Assembly: GCA_965223665.1 (NCBI GenBank)
Contig: OZ245011.1
Location: forward strand, 3,872,001 to 3,936,000
Direction: 5' to 3'
DNA from: Nitrospinaceae bacterium
GTDB taxonomy: Bacteria; Nitrospinota; Nitrospinia; Nitrospinales; Nitrospinaceae
Length of the DNA: 64,000 nucleotides
The stretch's first letter is position 1, and every line of letters begins with the position of its first letter. The position numbers were made by a program, and so were the translations under genes. Shown here piece after piece: positions 38,921 through 49,036 of this stretch. Below the pieces are notes generated by a model. The model had not been told where the DNA came from. It saw only the letters and a list, made by a program, of their open reading frames with translations, and made no database searches.

Positions 38921-40294
38921 TTAAATCCGTTTTAAATTGACAACGGTTTCGATGTGATGAGTTTGGGGAAAGAGGTCGATGACAGCGAGGTTATCAATTT
39001 GGTAAAAGGGTAATAAAGCTAAATCCCTTGCTAAAGTAGAGGGATTGCAGGAAACATAAATCAATCGTTCAGGTCGAAGTTGGCAAATGGAATCGATCAC
39101 TTCTTTAGAGCAACCTTTTCGTGGCGGATCGACTATCAAGGTTTGAAAATCACCTAAGACCGAATTGGGTTGTAAAAACTCTTCAATCTTTCCTTCAAAA
39201 AATTGACAATCGATTAAATCATTGAGTTGAGCATTAACCTTTGCATCTGCAATAGAAGCAGGTGAATCATCCACTCCCATTACCCGAATGCCCTCCTTGG
39301 CAAGCCATAAACTAATGCCGCCGTTACCACAATATGCATCCACTACCGGTCCAGGATATTCACCTACCCATTCCTTAATGAGATCATACATGCGAATGGT
39401 TTGAAAGGGATTTACTTGAAAAAACGAATTCAAAGAAATGCGAAACTTTAAGGGTCCCAGCCTATCGGTCAAATATTTTTGGCCATAAAGAGATCGGTTG
39501 GTTTCTCCTAATATGACATTCGTTTTTCCGGGATTGATATTTTGTACCATTCCAACAATTTGAAGTTTTTCTCGGACTTTAGGGGACCGCAAGTCCTGCA
39601 GAAAAGGTTTTGGGAATTGACCCACAGCCGTGATCAACCCTACTAAAGTTTCTGAATTCGATTGGGATCGGCGAATCATGATTCCACGCAACAATCCATT
39701 ATGTTTTACCTCGTTGTAGATCCATACTTTGTGTTTAACCAAAAGACCACGAAGCCATTCTTTTACTCTATTGATGGGTTCTAGTAAAATATCGCATTCC
39801 GGTGAATCGGCTATTTTGTGGGAACCTTGTTCAAAGAAACCGATTTCAAGATTTCTCTTTGTATACTGGACCGCAAAGCTTCCTTTATTTCTATAATGAT
39901 AAATTGGATCCGCAGGGAGAGTTATAATATCTTCCGGGGGATCAATTTTTCCTATATGTTCCAGTGCATCCAATACCTTTTGTCTCTTAAACTGGATTTG
40001 TTGCTCATATTCAAAATTTTGCAATTGGCAACCCCCACAATGGGAAAATACTTTGCAGGGAGGGTTAATTCGATGGGGACTCGGTTTTAGAGTTTTTTTT
40101 ATTTCTACGATGCCGAATCTAGGGGTAGTCTTGACCACTTTACCTTTGATAAGATCGCCGGGAAGACCTTTTGGTAGGAATAGTGCATAATCTTGGTAAC
40201 GAGTGATACCATCGCCACTAGAGGCCAGAGAATTGACGGAGAGTTCTAATTCTTCTCCTACTTTAACAGGGATATTAAATTTTTTTGGACTCAT
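38921..40294 (-). CDS. rlmD: 23S rRNA (uracil-C5)-methyltransferase, RlmD family
   Basis: TRAM domain, C.....CGGC, YRNK, FFQVN, DAYCG.G, DPPRKG, YVSCNP.TLARD, DLFPQT.H.E; ATG 40294 has an AAGGA SD. Confidence 0.93.
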   Translation of the reverse strand: MSPKKFNIPVKVGEELELSVNSLASSGDGITRYQDYALFLPKGLPGDLIKGKVVKTTPRFGIVEIKKTLKPSPHRINPPCKVFSHCGGCQLQNFEYEQQIQFKRQKVLDALEHIGKIDPPEDIITLPADPIYHYRNKGSFAVQYTKRNLEIGFFEQGSHKIADSPECDILLEPINRVKEWLRGLLVKHKVWIYNEVKHNGLLRGIMIRRSQSNSETLVGLITAVGQFPKPFLQDLRSPKVREKLQIVGMVQNINPGKTNVILGETNRSLYGQKYLTDRLGPLKFRISLNSFFQVNPFQTIRMYDLIKEWVGEYPGPVVDAYCGNGGISLWLAKEGIRVMGVDDSPASIADAKVNAQLNDLIDCQFFEGKIEEFLQPNSVLGDFQTLIVDPPRKGCSKEVIDSICQLRPERLIYVSCNPSTLARDLALLPFYQIDNLAVIDLFPQTHHIETVVNLKRI

Positions 40295-40393
40295 TGTGGA
40301 TCCTTGCGAAAAATGGAGTTTGTGTTCTCCGTCAAAAAGTGTATGAGCATACCATTTCACTGCATCAAATAGGAACTAGATAGGCAAAAAAAT

Positions 40394-41164
40394 ATGAGTC
40401 ATTACATCGCTATTTTGGGAGCTATCAAGGAAGAAATTGCCGGGATCAAAAAAGAAATGGAAATCAAGGAAACTCTCCATTTAAAAAATGCCTCTGCGTA
40501 TGTTGGGCAATGGAAAGGTTATTCTGTGGTCCTGGTACGAACAGGAATGGGACAAACCCGTGCGAGGCAGGCATTAGTAGAGGTTGCCGAACGACTCCGA
40601 CTGGTTTTAGTTTTGTCAATTGGTTATGCAGGTGCGTTAGACCCAGACATGAAGGTAGGGGATGTTTTCCTGGCAGATAAGGTTCGATATTTAGAAGGGA
40701 ACTTGGAAGATTTTAATGAGGGTTCCATTAAAGAATTACCTCTCGTTTCTGCATTAGTAAACCAAGCTATGTTTCTTGCATGTCCAAGGGGGGTATCCGT
40801 GTATCGAGGTAATCTTCTTACCGTGGACAGGGTTGTAGCTGACCCTGAAAATAAAAAGAAATTTGGGCAGCAATTTGCGGCGGATGCAGTTGAAATGGAA
40901 ACTTATGCCTTAGTAGAAGAAACGGAATCTCGTGCGCTTCCTTTTTTATCAATACGTGCCATTTCAGACGAGGCGGGCCACGAGTTATTAGATTGCTCAC
41001 ATTTAATTCAGGAAGATGGAAAAGTATCCAAAGTTAAAGCCGGATGGCACGTCCTTTCCAACCCCGGAGACTTGAAAAGTCTTTTGGCTTTAAAAGAATG
41101 TTCCAAAAAAGCCACCTCCAGCCTTACCCATTTTATTTCACAATATTTGGAAAACTATAAATAA
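40394..41164 (+). CDS. Nucleoside phosphorylase family protein (MTA/SAH nucleosidase or HpnG-like)
   Basis: GA..EE, TGMG...A, G.AGAL....VGD, AVEME, IRAISD. Confidence 0.8.
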   Translation: MSHYIAILGAIKEEIAGIKKEMEIKETLHLKNASAYVGQWKGYSVVLVRTGMGQTRARQALVEVAERLRLVLVLSIGYAGALDPDMKVGDVFLADKVRYLEGNLEDFNEGSIKELPLVSALVNQAMFLACPRGVSVYRGNLLTVDRVVADPENKKKFGQQFAADAVEMETYALVEETESRALPFLSIRAISDEAGHELLDCSHLIQEDGKVSKVKAGWHVLSNPGDLKSLLALKECSKKATSSLTHFISQYLENYK

Positions 41165-41315
41165 AAGTTTTTATGCTTGGGTAGATTTTAACCAGGAAAA
41201 AAATTCCTTAAAGACGGTAAATTTAGCAAAGCGGGAAAAGAAATTTTTTTTATAGATTTTGGTTTTATATGTCAAAAGCCCCCAAATATAGGGAGTTATA
41301 GCTTTTGCAGCTATA

Positions 41316-41331
41316 TGGCATGCTAATTGCT
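41316..41331 (+). promoter_or_regulatory. Sigma-54 (-24/-12) promoter
   Basis: TGGCATGCTAATTGCT, near consensus TGGCAC-N5-TTGCW with exact GG-N10-GC spacing, intergenic. Confidence 0.75.
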
Positions 41332-41341
41332 TTTAACCAGT

Positions 41342-41418
41342 TGGAAGATTCGAACTGGCACGTCCACCTCCTAGGATTGATTTTCATCAATCTGGGCGTG
41401 CCTCCCTCTTTTTTCTTT
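41342..41418 (+). ncRNA. Candidate sigma-54-dependent sRNA or structured leader
   Basis: 10-bp outer stem, CCUCCUAG bulge, 7-bp inner stem, then UCCCUC and a U-tract, directly after the sigma-54 motif. Confidence 0.45.
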
Positions 41419-41497
41419 CCAAACGATATTTTTCAGGAAACCAAACTTAATTTGTTTAATAGGTTTTTCAAGGCATCAAAAATACTGATTTCTAAAA

Positions 41498-42910
41498 ATG
41501 AGTTTTTCTGAAAAAAAAGTCCTGATTGTTGCAGATTCCAAAACCCTGGGTATTATCCTCAAGGACCTTTTAGTTTCAATTGGTTTTTCTAAAGAAAATC
41601 TAGGTCAGGTAGAAGGCAAAGAAGCCGCTTGGAATTATCTGAAGCAATGTGCCACGGACTTAATTATTTCTAATCTTTGGTTTATGGATTCCTTTAATGG
41701 AATTCAACTCTTGGAAGAAATTCGCGGCCACCAAAATGAAAAAATAAAAAATATACCATTTCTAATCGCCACGGGAGACGAAAGGTCTGAATATCTTGAT
41801 GAGGCTCAAGAAAAAGGAGTCAACGGTTACTTAGCAAAACCCTTTACAACGAAAACGCTTAAGGCCGCAGTTGATAAAATTTATTCTGGATCTGATATTA
41901 CTCAATTTAGCGGATTGGCCTCGTTGGGTCCTTCTGATAATTTTTCTGGTATGAAAGTTTTGATAGTGGATGATTCTCAAGCGAATCGTTCCATTTTAAA
42001 ACAAGTCCTGGACGGACAAGGATTTGAATTTGAAGAAGCCGAAAGTGCAGAAGTTATGCTAGATATTGTGCAGGCTTTTAACCCGGATATTATTTTACTG
42101 GATGTGATTTTAGAGGGAATGAATGGCTATGAAGCCTGTCGCAGATTGAATGCCAACGGAAACACTTCCGATTTTCCGGTCATATTTATTACTTCTAAAT
42201 CCGATTTAGAGGGCATAGTCGAAGGTTTTTCTGCAGGTGGTGCGGACTACATCACAAAGCCTTTTAAAAAAGAAGAAGTAATACTGCGAGTAAAGAAACA
42301 TCTTCACTTGCAGAAAATTTTAAAAGATAAAGAAGTTCTGATAAGTGAACTTTTAGAGTTAAAGGCAAATAACCAAAGTTTGATCGAGGAGTTAACAGCG
42401 ACTAAAGATCAATTGGAACAGGTTGCCAAAAGTGACCCGTTAACCGAGCTGCCAAATCGTAGAGGAATATCGGAAAGAATTGAAATTGAAAAATTTCGGT
42501 TTGAAAGAAACCAAAGACCTTTTTCTATTCTTTTAGGCGATGTGGATTTTTTTAAATCTGTTAACGATAATTATGGGCACGATGCAGGGGATTTTTTGTT
42601 AAAAGAAATTGCGGATTTAATGGAAAAGACTGTCCGTAAACAGGATATGGTCGGGCGCTGGGGAGGAGAGGAGTTTTTAATACTTTTTCCTGAAACAACT
42701 TTAGAAGGTGGAAAAGTTGCTGCTGAAAAAATTCGAAAAAATATTGAAGATCAGCAGTGGGTTTTCAAAGATCAAAAGATTTCTGTAACAATGAGTTTTG
42801 GCCTTAGTGTTTATGAGAATCTTAAAAAAAGTGTTGAAGACTGCATCAAGCAAGCTGATGAATTACTTTACAAGGCTAAAAAATCCGGAAGAAACCAAAT
42901 TAGTTTTTGA
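41498..42910 (+). CDS. Response-regulator diguanylate cyclase (REC-REC-GGDEF)
   Basis: Two receiver domains, D.LT.LPNRR, DVD.FK.VND.YGH.AGD, RKQD I-site, GGEEF. Confidence 0.93.
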   Translation: MSFSEKKVLIVADSKTLGIILKDLLVSIGFSKENLGQVEGKEAAWNYLKQCATDLIISNLWFMDSFNGIQLLEEIRGHQNEKIKNIPFLIATGDERSEYLDEAQEKGVNGYLAKPFTTKTLKAAVDKIYSGSDITQFSGLASLGPSDNFSGMKVLIVDDSQANRSILKQVLDGQGFEFEEAESAEVMLDIVQAFNPDIILLDVILEGMNGYEACRRLNANGNTSDFPVIFITSKSDLEGIVEGFSAGGADYITKPFKKEEVILRVKKHLHLQKILKDKEVLISELLELKANNQSLIEELTATKDQLEQVAKSDPLTELPNRRGISERIEIEKFRFERNQRPFSILLGDVDFFKSVNDNYGHDAGDFLLKEIADLMEKTVRKQDMVGRWGGEEFLILFPETTLEGGKVAAEKIRKNIEDQQWVFKDQKISVTMSFGLSVYENLKKSVEDCIKQADELLYKAKKSGRNQISF

Positions 42911-42920
42911 TTTTTTTTAT

Positions 42921-43871
42921 TTATTGAGGGGTAAATACTTGGTGATATTGACTTCCTCCTCCTCCCGGATTAGGTCCTCCTGTTATTAAATGAATGCTTC
43001 CCTTTAACAAAGCCGATCCTAAGCCATGGCATGATTTGGGCATAGGTTCTTGAGTTTCCCACCTATTTTCCATTGGTAGATAAACTTCATTTTGATTGAA
43101 AGTTCCTTCTCCAGATTCTCCACCGAATACGTATATCTTGCTGTGAAGAGTTTGAGAAGTAATTCCACTCCGAGCTGTGGGTAACGGCGCCAGGGTTTTC
43201 CATTGATTTGATTTTGGATCGTAAGATTCGTTTGTATCTAAATTTTCATGATAATTCACATTGACTCTGCCGCCAATAACATAAATAGTATTTTTAAAAA
43301 CTGATAGCGTCAGATGATCACGAGGGGTGGGCAATGGTGCCAGTGATTTCCATTGGTCAGTTGTTGGATTGTATACTTCATTGGCATCGGTATTAACAAG
43401 TTTTAAAAATTTTTTGTGTGCTCCTCCCACCGCATAAATTTTTCCATTAATTACTCCAGTGGCCAAAGCTCCTCGCCTGGTGGGCATGGGAGATTTTTCT
43501 TTCCATTGATCTGAGGAGGGATCATATTCTAGAGTTATATTTTGGGGAAACCATAGACCGCCAGTAAATCCGCCGATAATATAAATTTTCCCGTTAGTAG
43601 ATACGGCAGAGGTATGATGCAATGCTTTAGGCATAGGTGAACCTATTGACCATGTTCCCGAATTAGGATCATAAATTTCTACTTGGTCAGTAATTCCCTT
43701 TGGAGTGAACCCACCGAATACATATATTTTTCCTTGGTGGTTTACAACCGCAACTTCTGTCCTCGGTGTAGGGGTTTTAGGCAATAGGGACCACTGTTCA
43801 CCAGTTTGGGCCCAGAGAATTTGTGAAAAGAGACAAAAAAGGCAAATGATGGCATTAAATAATACTTTCAT
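42921..43871 (-). CDS. Exported Kelch-repeat beta-propeller protein
   Basis: Signal peptide; six repeats of P..R.......GKIY..GG.......E.Y.P....W. Confidence 0.9.
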   Translation of the reverse strand: MKVLFNAIICLFCLFSQILWAQTGEQWSLLPKTPTPRTEVAVVNHQGKIYVFGGFTPKGITDQVEIYDPNSGTWSIGSPMPKALHHTSAVSTNGKIYIIGGFTGGLWFPQNITLEYDPSSDQWKEKSPMPTRRGALATGVINGKIYAVGGAHKKFLKLVNTDANEVYNPTTDQWKSLAPLPTPRDHLTLSVFKNTIYVIGGRVNVNYHENLDTNESYDPKSNQWKTLAPLPTARSGITSQTLHSKIYVFGGESGEGTFNQNEVYLPMENRWETQEPMPKSCHGLGSALLKGSIHLITGGPNPGGGGSQYHQVFTPQ

Positions 43872-43889
43872 CTGAAGGCCTCTATTTAG

Positions 43890-44738
43890 TTAAGCCTGGT
43901 GAGCTACCCGCAGTTGATCTAACTCCTTTATCTGCTGTAGCAATCCTGGAAGTGTTTTAAGATTTAGCATATTGGTTCCGTCTGAAGGCGCGTTTTCCGG
44001 ATCAGGATGGACTTCCATAAACAAAACATCACAACCAACGGCAACGGCTCCTCGTGTGAGTGCCGGGACTAATTCCCGTTGTCCTCCGGAACTTTCACCT
44101 TGGCCCCCAGGGAGCTGCAGGCTGTGGGTACAATCGTAAACCACCGGATATCCCAATTCATTCATAAATATCAATGATCGCATGTCTACAACAAGGTTAT
44201 TGTAACCAAACATAAAACCACGTTCAGTAAGCAAAATGTTTTCATTCCCGCTTTCTTTGATTTTATTGATTACATTTTTCATATCCCAAGGGGCTAGGAA
44301 TTGGCCTTTTTTAACATTAATAGGTTTCCCAGTTTTGGCAGCCGCTACGACCAAATCTGTTTGTCGACAAAGAAAGGCAGGAATTTGAATTATATCTAAA
44401 ACTTTGGAGGCAGGCTCAATCTCAAGTTCAGTATGAATATCAGAAAGAACAGGTAAACCCAATTCCGATTTAATTTTTTTTAATATACGTAATCCCTCTT
44501 CTAGTCCTGGTCCTCTAAAGGATTTGATAGATGAACGATTAGCTTTGTCATATGAAGATTTAAAAATAAAAGGTATCTGAAATTCTTCAAATATATTTTT
44601 TAATTGAAGGCCGGTAGTCATGGCATGGTCTTCTGATTCGATCACGCAGGGACCAGCGATAATAGCTAACGGGTTTTTCCCTCCAATGGTATAGGGACCT
44701 ATTTTGATTTCTTTGGTGGTATTTAAGTGCAGGCTCAT
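43890..44738 (-). CDS. kdsA: KDO 8-phosphate synthase
   Basis: IAGPCVIE, KSSYDKANRSS, QIPAFLCRQTD, KKGQF, ERG..FGY, THS.Q.PG, E.HPDP..A.SDG. Confidence 0.97.
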   Translation of the reverse strand: MSLHLNTTKEIKIGPYTIGGKNPLAIIAGPCVIESEDHAMTTGLQLKNIFEEFQIPFIFKSSYDKANRSSIKSFRGPGLEEGLRILKKIKSELGLPVLSDIHTELEIEPASKVLDIIQIPAFLCRQTDLVVAAAKTGKPINVKKGQFLAPWDMKNVINKIKESGNENILLTERGFMFGYNNLVVDMRSLIFMNELGYPVVYDCTHSLQLPGGQGESSGGQRELVPALTRGAVAVGCDVLFMEVHPDPENAPSDGTNMLNLKTLPGLLQQIKELDQLRVAHQA

Positions 44739-44769
44739 TGGCTTAATTAGTTAATTTTGAATAGAAAAG

Positions 44770-45177
44770 TTATGGAATAGGAACTGGATGAGGTGTTTCC
44801 TTTCGAGGGACTAAACCTTCGGGTGCAAGCAATCCGTATGCGATTTCTCGAACCTTTTCATTGTTACTGGCTTTATGAATGGATGAGAATCCAGATTCTG
44901 ATAAGTCATTTAAATTTACTTCGGGGTTTTCTGCGTTTAATAAAACAATAAAGTGAGTATTTTTATCTTTTTTTGATAGTCGAAAAAGATTTTTTAAGTC
45001 AGTTTTTCCTTTTCTAAGGGTATAAACGATCAAATCATTTTTTAATGATTTTTGTCGGATTGCATTGTTTAAATTAACAAAGCCCATAATCGTAAACTTG
45101 TCATGCTTGATGAACTTTGCTAGTTGAATACGCTCTGATTTAACAGGATCTACAATAAATATGGTTTTATAATCCAT
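44770..45177 (-). CDS. Hypothetical protein, possibly a degenerate receiver domain
   Basis: KTIFIVD start and alternating beta/alpha pattern; phosphoacceptor position (DLIVYT) not conserved. Confidence 0.6.
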   Translation of the reverse strand: MDYKTIFIVDPVKSERIQLAKFIKHDKFTIMGFVNLNNAIRQKSLKNDLIVYTLRKGKTDLKNLFRLSKKDKNTHFIVLLNAENPEVNLNDLSESGFSSIHKASNNEKVREIAYGLLAPEGLVPRKETPHPVPIP

Positions 45178-45351
45178 CTAGAACCCTTTAAAGAAACTGT
45201 TTCTAATGGGCACAGTCTAACATTATTGTTTTTAGGAATGAACCTTAAATAATTAATAATAAAATTAGTCTATAAAGGCAAATTAATTCAAATTGACTTA
45301 TGAGTAAAGGTTTGAAACAATATTAAGATTCAATTATTTATACAAAATGTT

Positions 45352-46659
45352 ATGCAAAGATACCTTCTACTTTCTTTAAGCTTTATTGCAGGGTTGCTTC
45401 TTACCGCACAGGTCCAGGCAAAGGATCAAATTATTGTTGCAAAAATTTCCGGACCCATTAATCCAGTAGTTGCCGATTTTGTAACCAATGAGATTGAAGT
45501 AGCCAATTCCACCGGAGAACTCTTGGTTATATTAGAAATGGATACTCCAGGAGGTTTGGACACCTCCATGCGGCAAATTATTAAAGCCATTCAAAACTCC
45601 TCTATTCCAGTGGCTACCTTCGTTTCACCCAGCGGTTCTCGTGCGGCTTCTGCTGGTACGTTTATAACGATAGCTTCTCATATTGCGGCTATGGCCCCTG
45701 GAACCAATATAGGTGCGGCTCATCCGGTAAATATGATGGGTGGAGGTGGAGGAGATAAAAAGGACAAAGAATCTAACACCATGGAAGAAAAAGTGGTCAA
45801 TGATGCCTCTGCGTATATTCGTTCCCTTGCAGAACAACGAGGACGTAATGCCTATTGGGCGGAAACAGCAGTTCGACAGAGTAAATCAATTTCTGCACAA
45901 GAAGCCAAAAAATTAGGTGTGATTGATTTAATTGCAAATAATGTGGAAGCTTTAGTTTTAGCCATTCAAGGCCGAGAAATCAAAACCTCAAAAAATACGA
46001 CTGTTAAATTGGACTTGGAAGGAAAGCACCTTGTTTATCATGAAATGAGCAAGAGAGAAAAGATACTAGATACGATTTCAAATCCAAACGTGGTTTATAT
46101 TTTAATGATGCTGGGGATGGTTGGGCTCTATTTTGAACTGTCTAATCCGGGTTTGATTTTGCCCGGAGTTATTGGTGGGATTAGTATTATTTTGGCTTTA
46201 TATGGAATGCAAACACTGCCTGTGAATTATGCGGGTTTAATGTTAATTCTATTAGGTGGAATTTTATTTATTGCTGAATTAAATACCCCGAGTTTTGGTC
46301 TGTTATCTGCCGGTGGAACTATTTCTTTACTTCTGGGTTCCTTAATGCTCATTGACAGTGACGATCCTGCTTTGCAAATTTCTAATTCCGTTTTAATTCC
46401 TACTTTATTGGTTTCAGTGGCGGTTTCTTTAGGAACTGTTTATATGGCTTTTAAATCTTCAAAAATTAAAAGCATAAGTGGGGTGGAGGGTCTAAAAGGA
46501 GCAATTGGAGTGGCCAAATCTGAAATCGATCCTGAAGGAAGAGTAATGGTCCATGGTGAATTATGGAATGCGGTGGGTGATGAAATCATTCATTCTGGAG
46601 AAAAAGTTGTGGTGGAAGAAGTCGAAGGCCTTAAGATTAAGGTGAAAAAGTCCGTTTAA
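45352..46659 (+). CDS. nfeD: Long-form NfeD membrane-bound serine protease (ClpP-like + TM + OB fold)
   Basis: DTPGG, RAASAG, AAMAPGTNIGAAHP, EK..ND, TM region, G.V.VHGELW.A. Confidence 0.92.
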   Translation: MQRYLLLSLSFIAGLLLTAQVQAKDQIIVAKISGPINPVVADFVTNEIEVANSTGELLVILEMDTPGGLDTSMRQIIKAIQNSSIPVATFVSPSGSRAASAGTFITIASHIAAMAPGTNIGAAHPVNMMGGGGGDKKDKESNTMEEKVVNDASAYIRSLAEQRGRNAYWAETAVRQSKSISAQEAKKLGVIDLIANNVEALVLAIQGREIKTSKNTTVKLDLEGKHLVYHEMSKREKILDTISNPNVVYILMMLGMVGLYFELSNPGLILPGVIGGISIILALYGMQTLPVNYAGLMLILLGGILFIAELNTPSFGLLSAGGTISLLLGSLMLIDSDDPALQISNSVLIPTLLVSVAVSLGTVYMAFKSSKIKSISGVEGLKGAIGVAKSEIDPEGRVMVHGELWNAVGDEIIHSGEKVVVEEVEGLKIKVKKSV

Positions 46660-47504
46660 TGAAGGAGAAATCTATTTTAGAGTCGGCGGCTATTATTGTG
46701 GTCCTATTTATGGGGTTATCTGTTCTGTTAATGGGCTGCGAAGAGAAGCTTATTTACTATCCGTATAAATATCCAGAGGGCCAATGGAATACAGGTCAAG
46801 TATCAGTTGAAGATATTTGGTTTAATGCTGAAGACGGAGTCAAACTACATGGATGGTTTATTCCGGTTCCAAAACCTAAGGCGACTTTAATATGGTTTCA
46901 TGGAAATGCAGGTAATATTTCATATCGATTAGATAATATCGCCAAACTTCAACCCTTGGGACTAAATATTTTTATCTTTGACTATAGAGGATATGGACGT
47001 AGTGAAGGAACTCCAAAAGAAAAAGGTTTGATGCTTGATTCGCAGGCGGCTTATGACTATGTGATAAAAAAACGCAATATCAAACCAGAACAAGTGATTT
47101 TATTTGGTCGTTCCTTGGGAGGTTTTTTTGCATCAGTGGTAGCTGAAGGAAACCCCGCGGCAGGTTTAATAATAGAATCTACATTCACAAGTGCTGAAGA
47201 TATGGCAAAAGAAATGTTTTCGTTTCCTGTTGGTTTTGTCATTCGTTCGAAATTAGATACGATTAATTATGTATCAAAAATTAAAACACCTAAGCTTTTT
47301 TTACATGGTACATCAGATGAAACGATTCCTTATTCTTTAGGGAAAAAGTTATTTGATGCTTCTGCAAACCCAAAAGAGTTTTATGATATTGAAGGCGCAG
47401 ATCATAACAATACTTATGTTATAGGTGGTCAAGGATACTTTGAAAAGATAGACAGTTTCATTGAAAAAGTTGTAAAGGCAAAGGAAGGTAATCATGTCCA
47501 ATAA
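46659..47504 (+). CDS. Alpha/beta hydrolase (ABHD13/Bem46-like), possible lipoprotein
   Basis: FHGNAGN, DYRGYG.S.G, GRSLGG, HG..DE.IP, GADHN; LMGC lipobox-like. Confidence 0.9.
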   Translation: MKEKSILESAAIIVVLFMGLSVLLMGCEEKLIYYPYKYPEGQWNTGQVSVEDIWFNAEDGVKLHGWFIPVPKPKATLIWFHGNAGNISYRLDNIAKLQPLGLNIFIFDYRGYGRSEGTPKEKGLMLDSQAAYDYVIKKRNIKPEQVILFGRSLGGFFASVVAEGNPAAGLIIESTFTSAEDMAKEMFSFPVGFVIRSKLDTINYVSKIKTPKLFLHGTSDETIPYSLGKKLFDASANPKEFYDIEGADHNNTYVIGGQGYFEKIDSFIEKVVKAKEGNHVQ

Positions 47505-47991
47505 AATTTACGGTTATGGGCATCCCAATAGAAAAAAAAATAAAAAAGCTCAAGAATCCCATTTTTGGTTTCTAGAGTTTTTATCTATTGGGGCGTTTGT
47601 TTTTATTATTGGTTTAAGTCATTGGATGTGGGTAGATGGAATTGCTGGGCAATTTTATGGGTGGGTTTTTGAAGATACAACAGAATATTCCCCAAGCTAT
47701 AGTGATTCAGGATTTAAGAGGATTAAAAATGGGATGACAGTACCTCAAGTAAAACAAGTTTTAGGTGAGCCTTTAGAGCAATATTCTCCAGAATCGTATG
47801 CGGGTATGTGGTGGAGATATACCAAGGGTGCTAATAATGAAAATTATCGAGTTCGCGCTATTCGTATTGAAAACGGAAAAGTTACTGAAGTAAGAGGATA
47901 TTTTTATAACCCCACTCTTTATGAATTAAATAAAAATGATTTGCTTCCAGGTTTAAAAAGCAATCTAACCTACCAAAGAATCAGGCCTTAA
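47494..47991 (+). CDS. Hypothetical membrane-anchored protein with SmpA/OmlA-like motif
   Basis: One TM, then F..IK.GMT..QV..VLG.P and W.Y. Confidence 0.65.
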   Translation: MSNKIYGYGHPNRKKNKKAQESHFWFLEFLSIGAFVFIIGLSHWMWVDGIAGQFYGWVFEDTTEYSPSYSDSGFKRIKNGMTVPQVKQVLGEPLEQYSPESYAGMWWRYTKGANNENYRVRAIRIENGKVTEVRGYFYNPTLYELNKNDLLPGLKSNLTYQRIRP

Positions 47992-49013
47992 TGGAAAAGA
48001 AACTATTAACGATATTTTCGATATTTTGGGTCATAGGGCTTGGGATAATTTTATTTTATTACTTAATTCCTGGTTATTTCTCTCTTTCCCCCCTACAACA
48101 AGCTGCCAAAATAGGGGATTTGCAAACTGTTAAACTGGAGCTCAGTCAAGGGGCTGATCCAAATGAAGTGAATTACTATGGTCACACGGCCTTAGAGATT
48201 GCTGCTTTCGAGGGACAAGCTGAAATTGCCAATGAACTTATTTCTTGGGGAAGCGATCTCAACCGTAAAGACTCGTTTGGACACACTCCTTTATTTTGGT
48301 CTTTTAAAAGAAAAAACCCGAACATTGCTAAAATTCTTATCCAATCTGGAGCAGATTTAAATGGAATTTATGATAAGGGAATGAACCCATTACATTTGGC
48401 AGCTCAGCAGGGATTTCAGGAAATAATACCTTTGCTTTTGCAAAAAGGGATGGATATCAATGACCAGGATAATAGAGGTAGAACTCCTCTCCACCTCGCG
48501 ATACGAAATGAAAATTTTATGGTCGCTAATTGGTTAATCAACCATGGTGCTGGAATTAAATTTTGGGATGCTAATCAACATTCTCCATTAATGTGGTCAG
48601 TATTCAAAGGGAACCTTCCTTTTTCAAAAAAACTGGTTGAAAAAGGTGCGAATGTTAATGATCAGGATAATACGGGTTGGACTCCTCTTCATGAAGCCTG
48701 TGATAAGGATAAAGAGTTTGTGGCTTTTTTAGTGAATGCAGGGGCAGAGGTAAATCAAAAAGACTTCGAGGGATGGACAGCCTTGCATCAAGCGGTTGAT
48801 TATGGAAATAAGGAAGTAGTTTTGTATTTGTTGAAAGTGGGAGGAGATCCAAATTTAAAAACGGTGAATGGTGATACTCCTCTGAATATTGCCCAAAAAA
48901 TTATTTATTCAGATTTTGAAAAATTGGAAATCCATGAAGATATGGATCAAGAGAGTATTGAAAAATACCAAGAAATCATTAAAATTCTTCAAAAGTATAC
49001 TCCTGTAATTTAA
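47991..49013 (+). CDS. Membrane-anchored/exported ankyrin-repeat protein
   Basis: N-terminal TM; about 8 G.TPLH.A...G.....L...GAD.N repeats. Confidence 0.9.
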   Translation: MEKKLLTIFSIFWVIGLGIILFYYLIPGYFSLSPLQQAAKIGDLQTVKLELSQGADPNEVNYYGHTALEIAAFEGQAEIANELISWGSDLNRKDSFGHTPLFWSFKRKNPNIAKILIQSGADLNGIYDKGMNPLHLAAQQGFQEIIPLLLQKGMDINDQDNRGRTPLHLAIRNENFMVANWLINHGAGIKFWDANQHSPLMWSVFKGNLPFSKKLVEKGANVNDQDNTGWTPLHEACDKDKEFVAFLVNAGAEVNQKDFEGWTALHQAVDYGNKEVVLYLLKVGGDPNLKTVNGDTPLNIAQKIIYSDFEKLEIHEDMDQESIEKYQEIIKILQKYTPVI

Positions 49014-49036
49014 AAACCTACCATAAGGTTTTAATC

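Noticed and set aside
41305-41511. 68-aa ORF upstream of the DGC
   Set aside because: TTG start lies upstream of the sigma-54 motif and the ORF spans the RNA hairpin; better explained as non-coding
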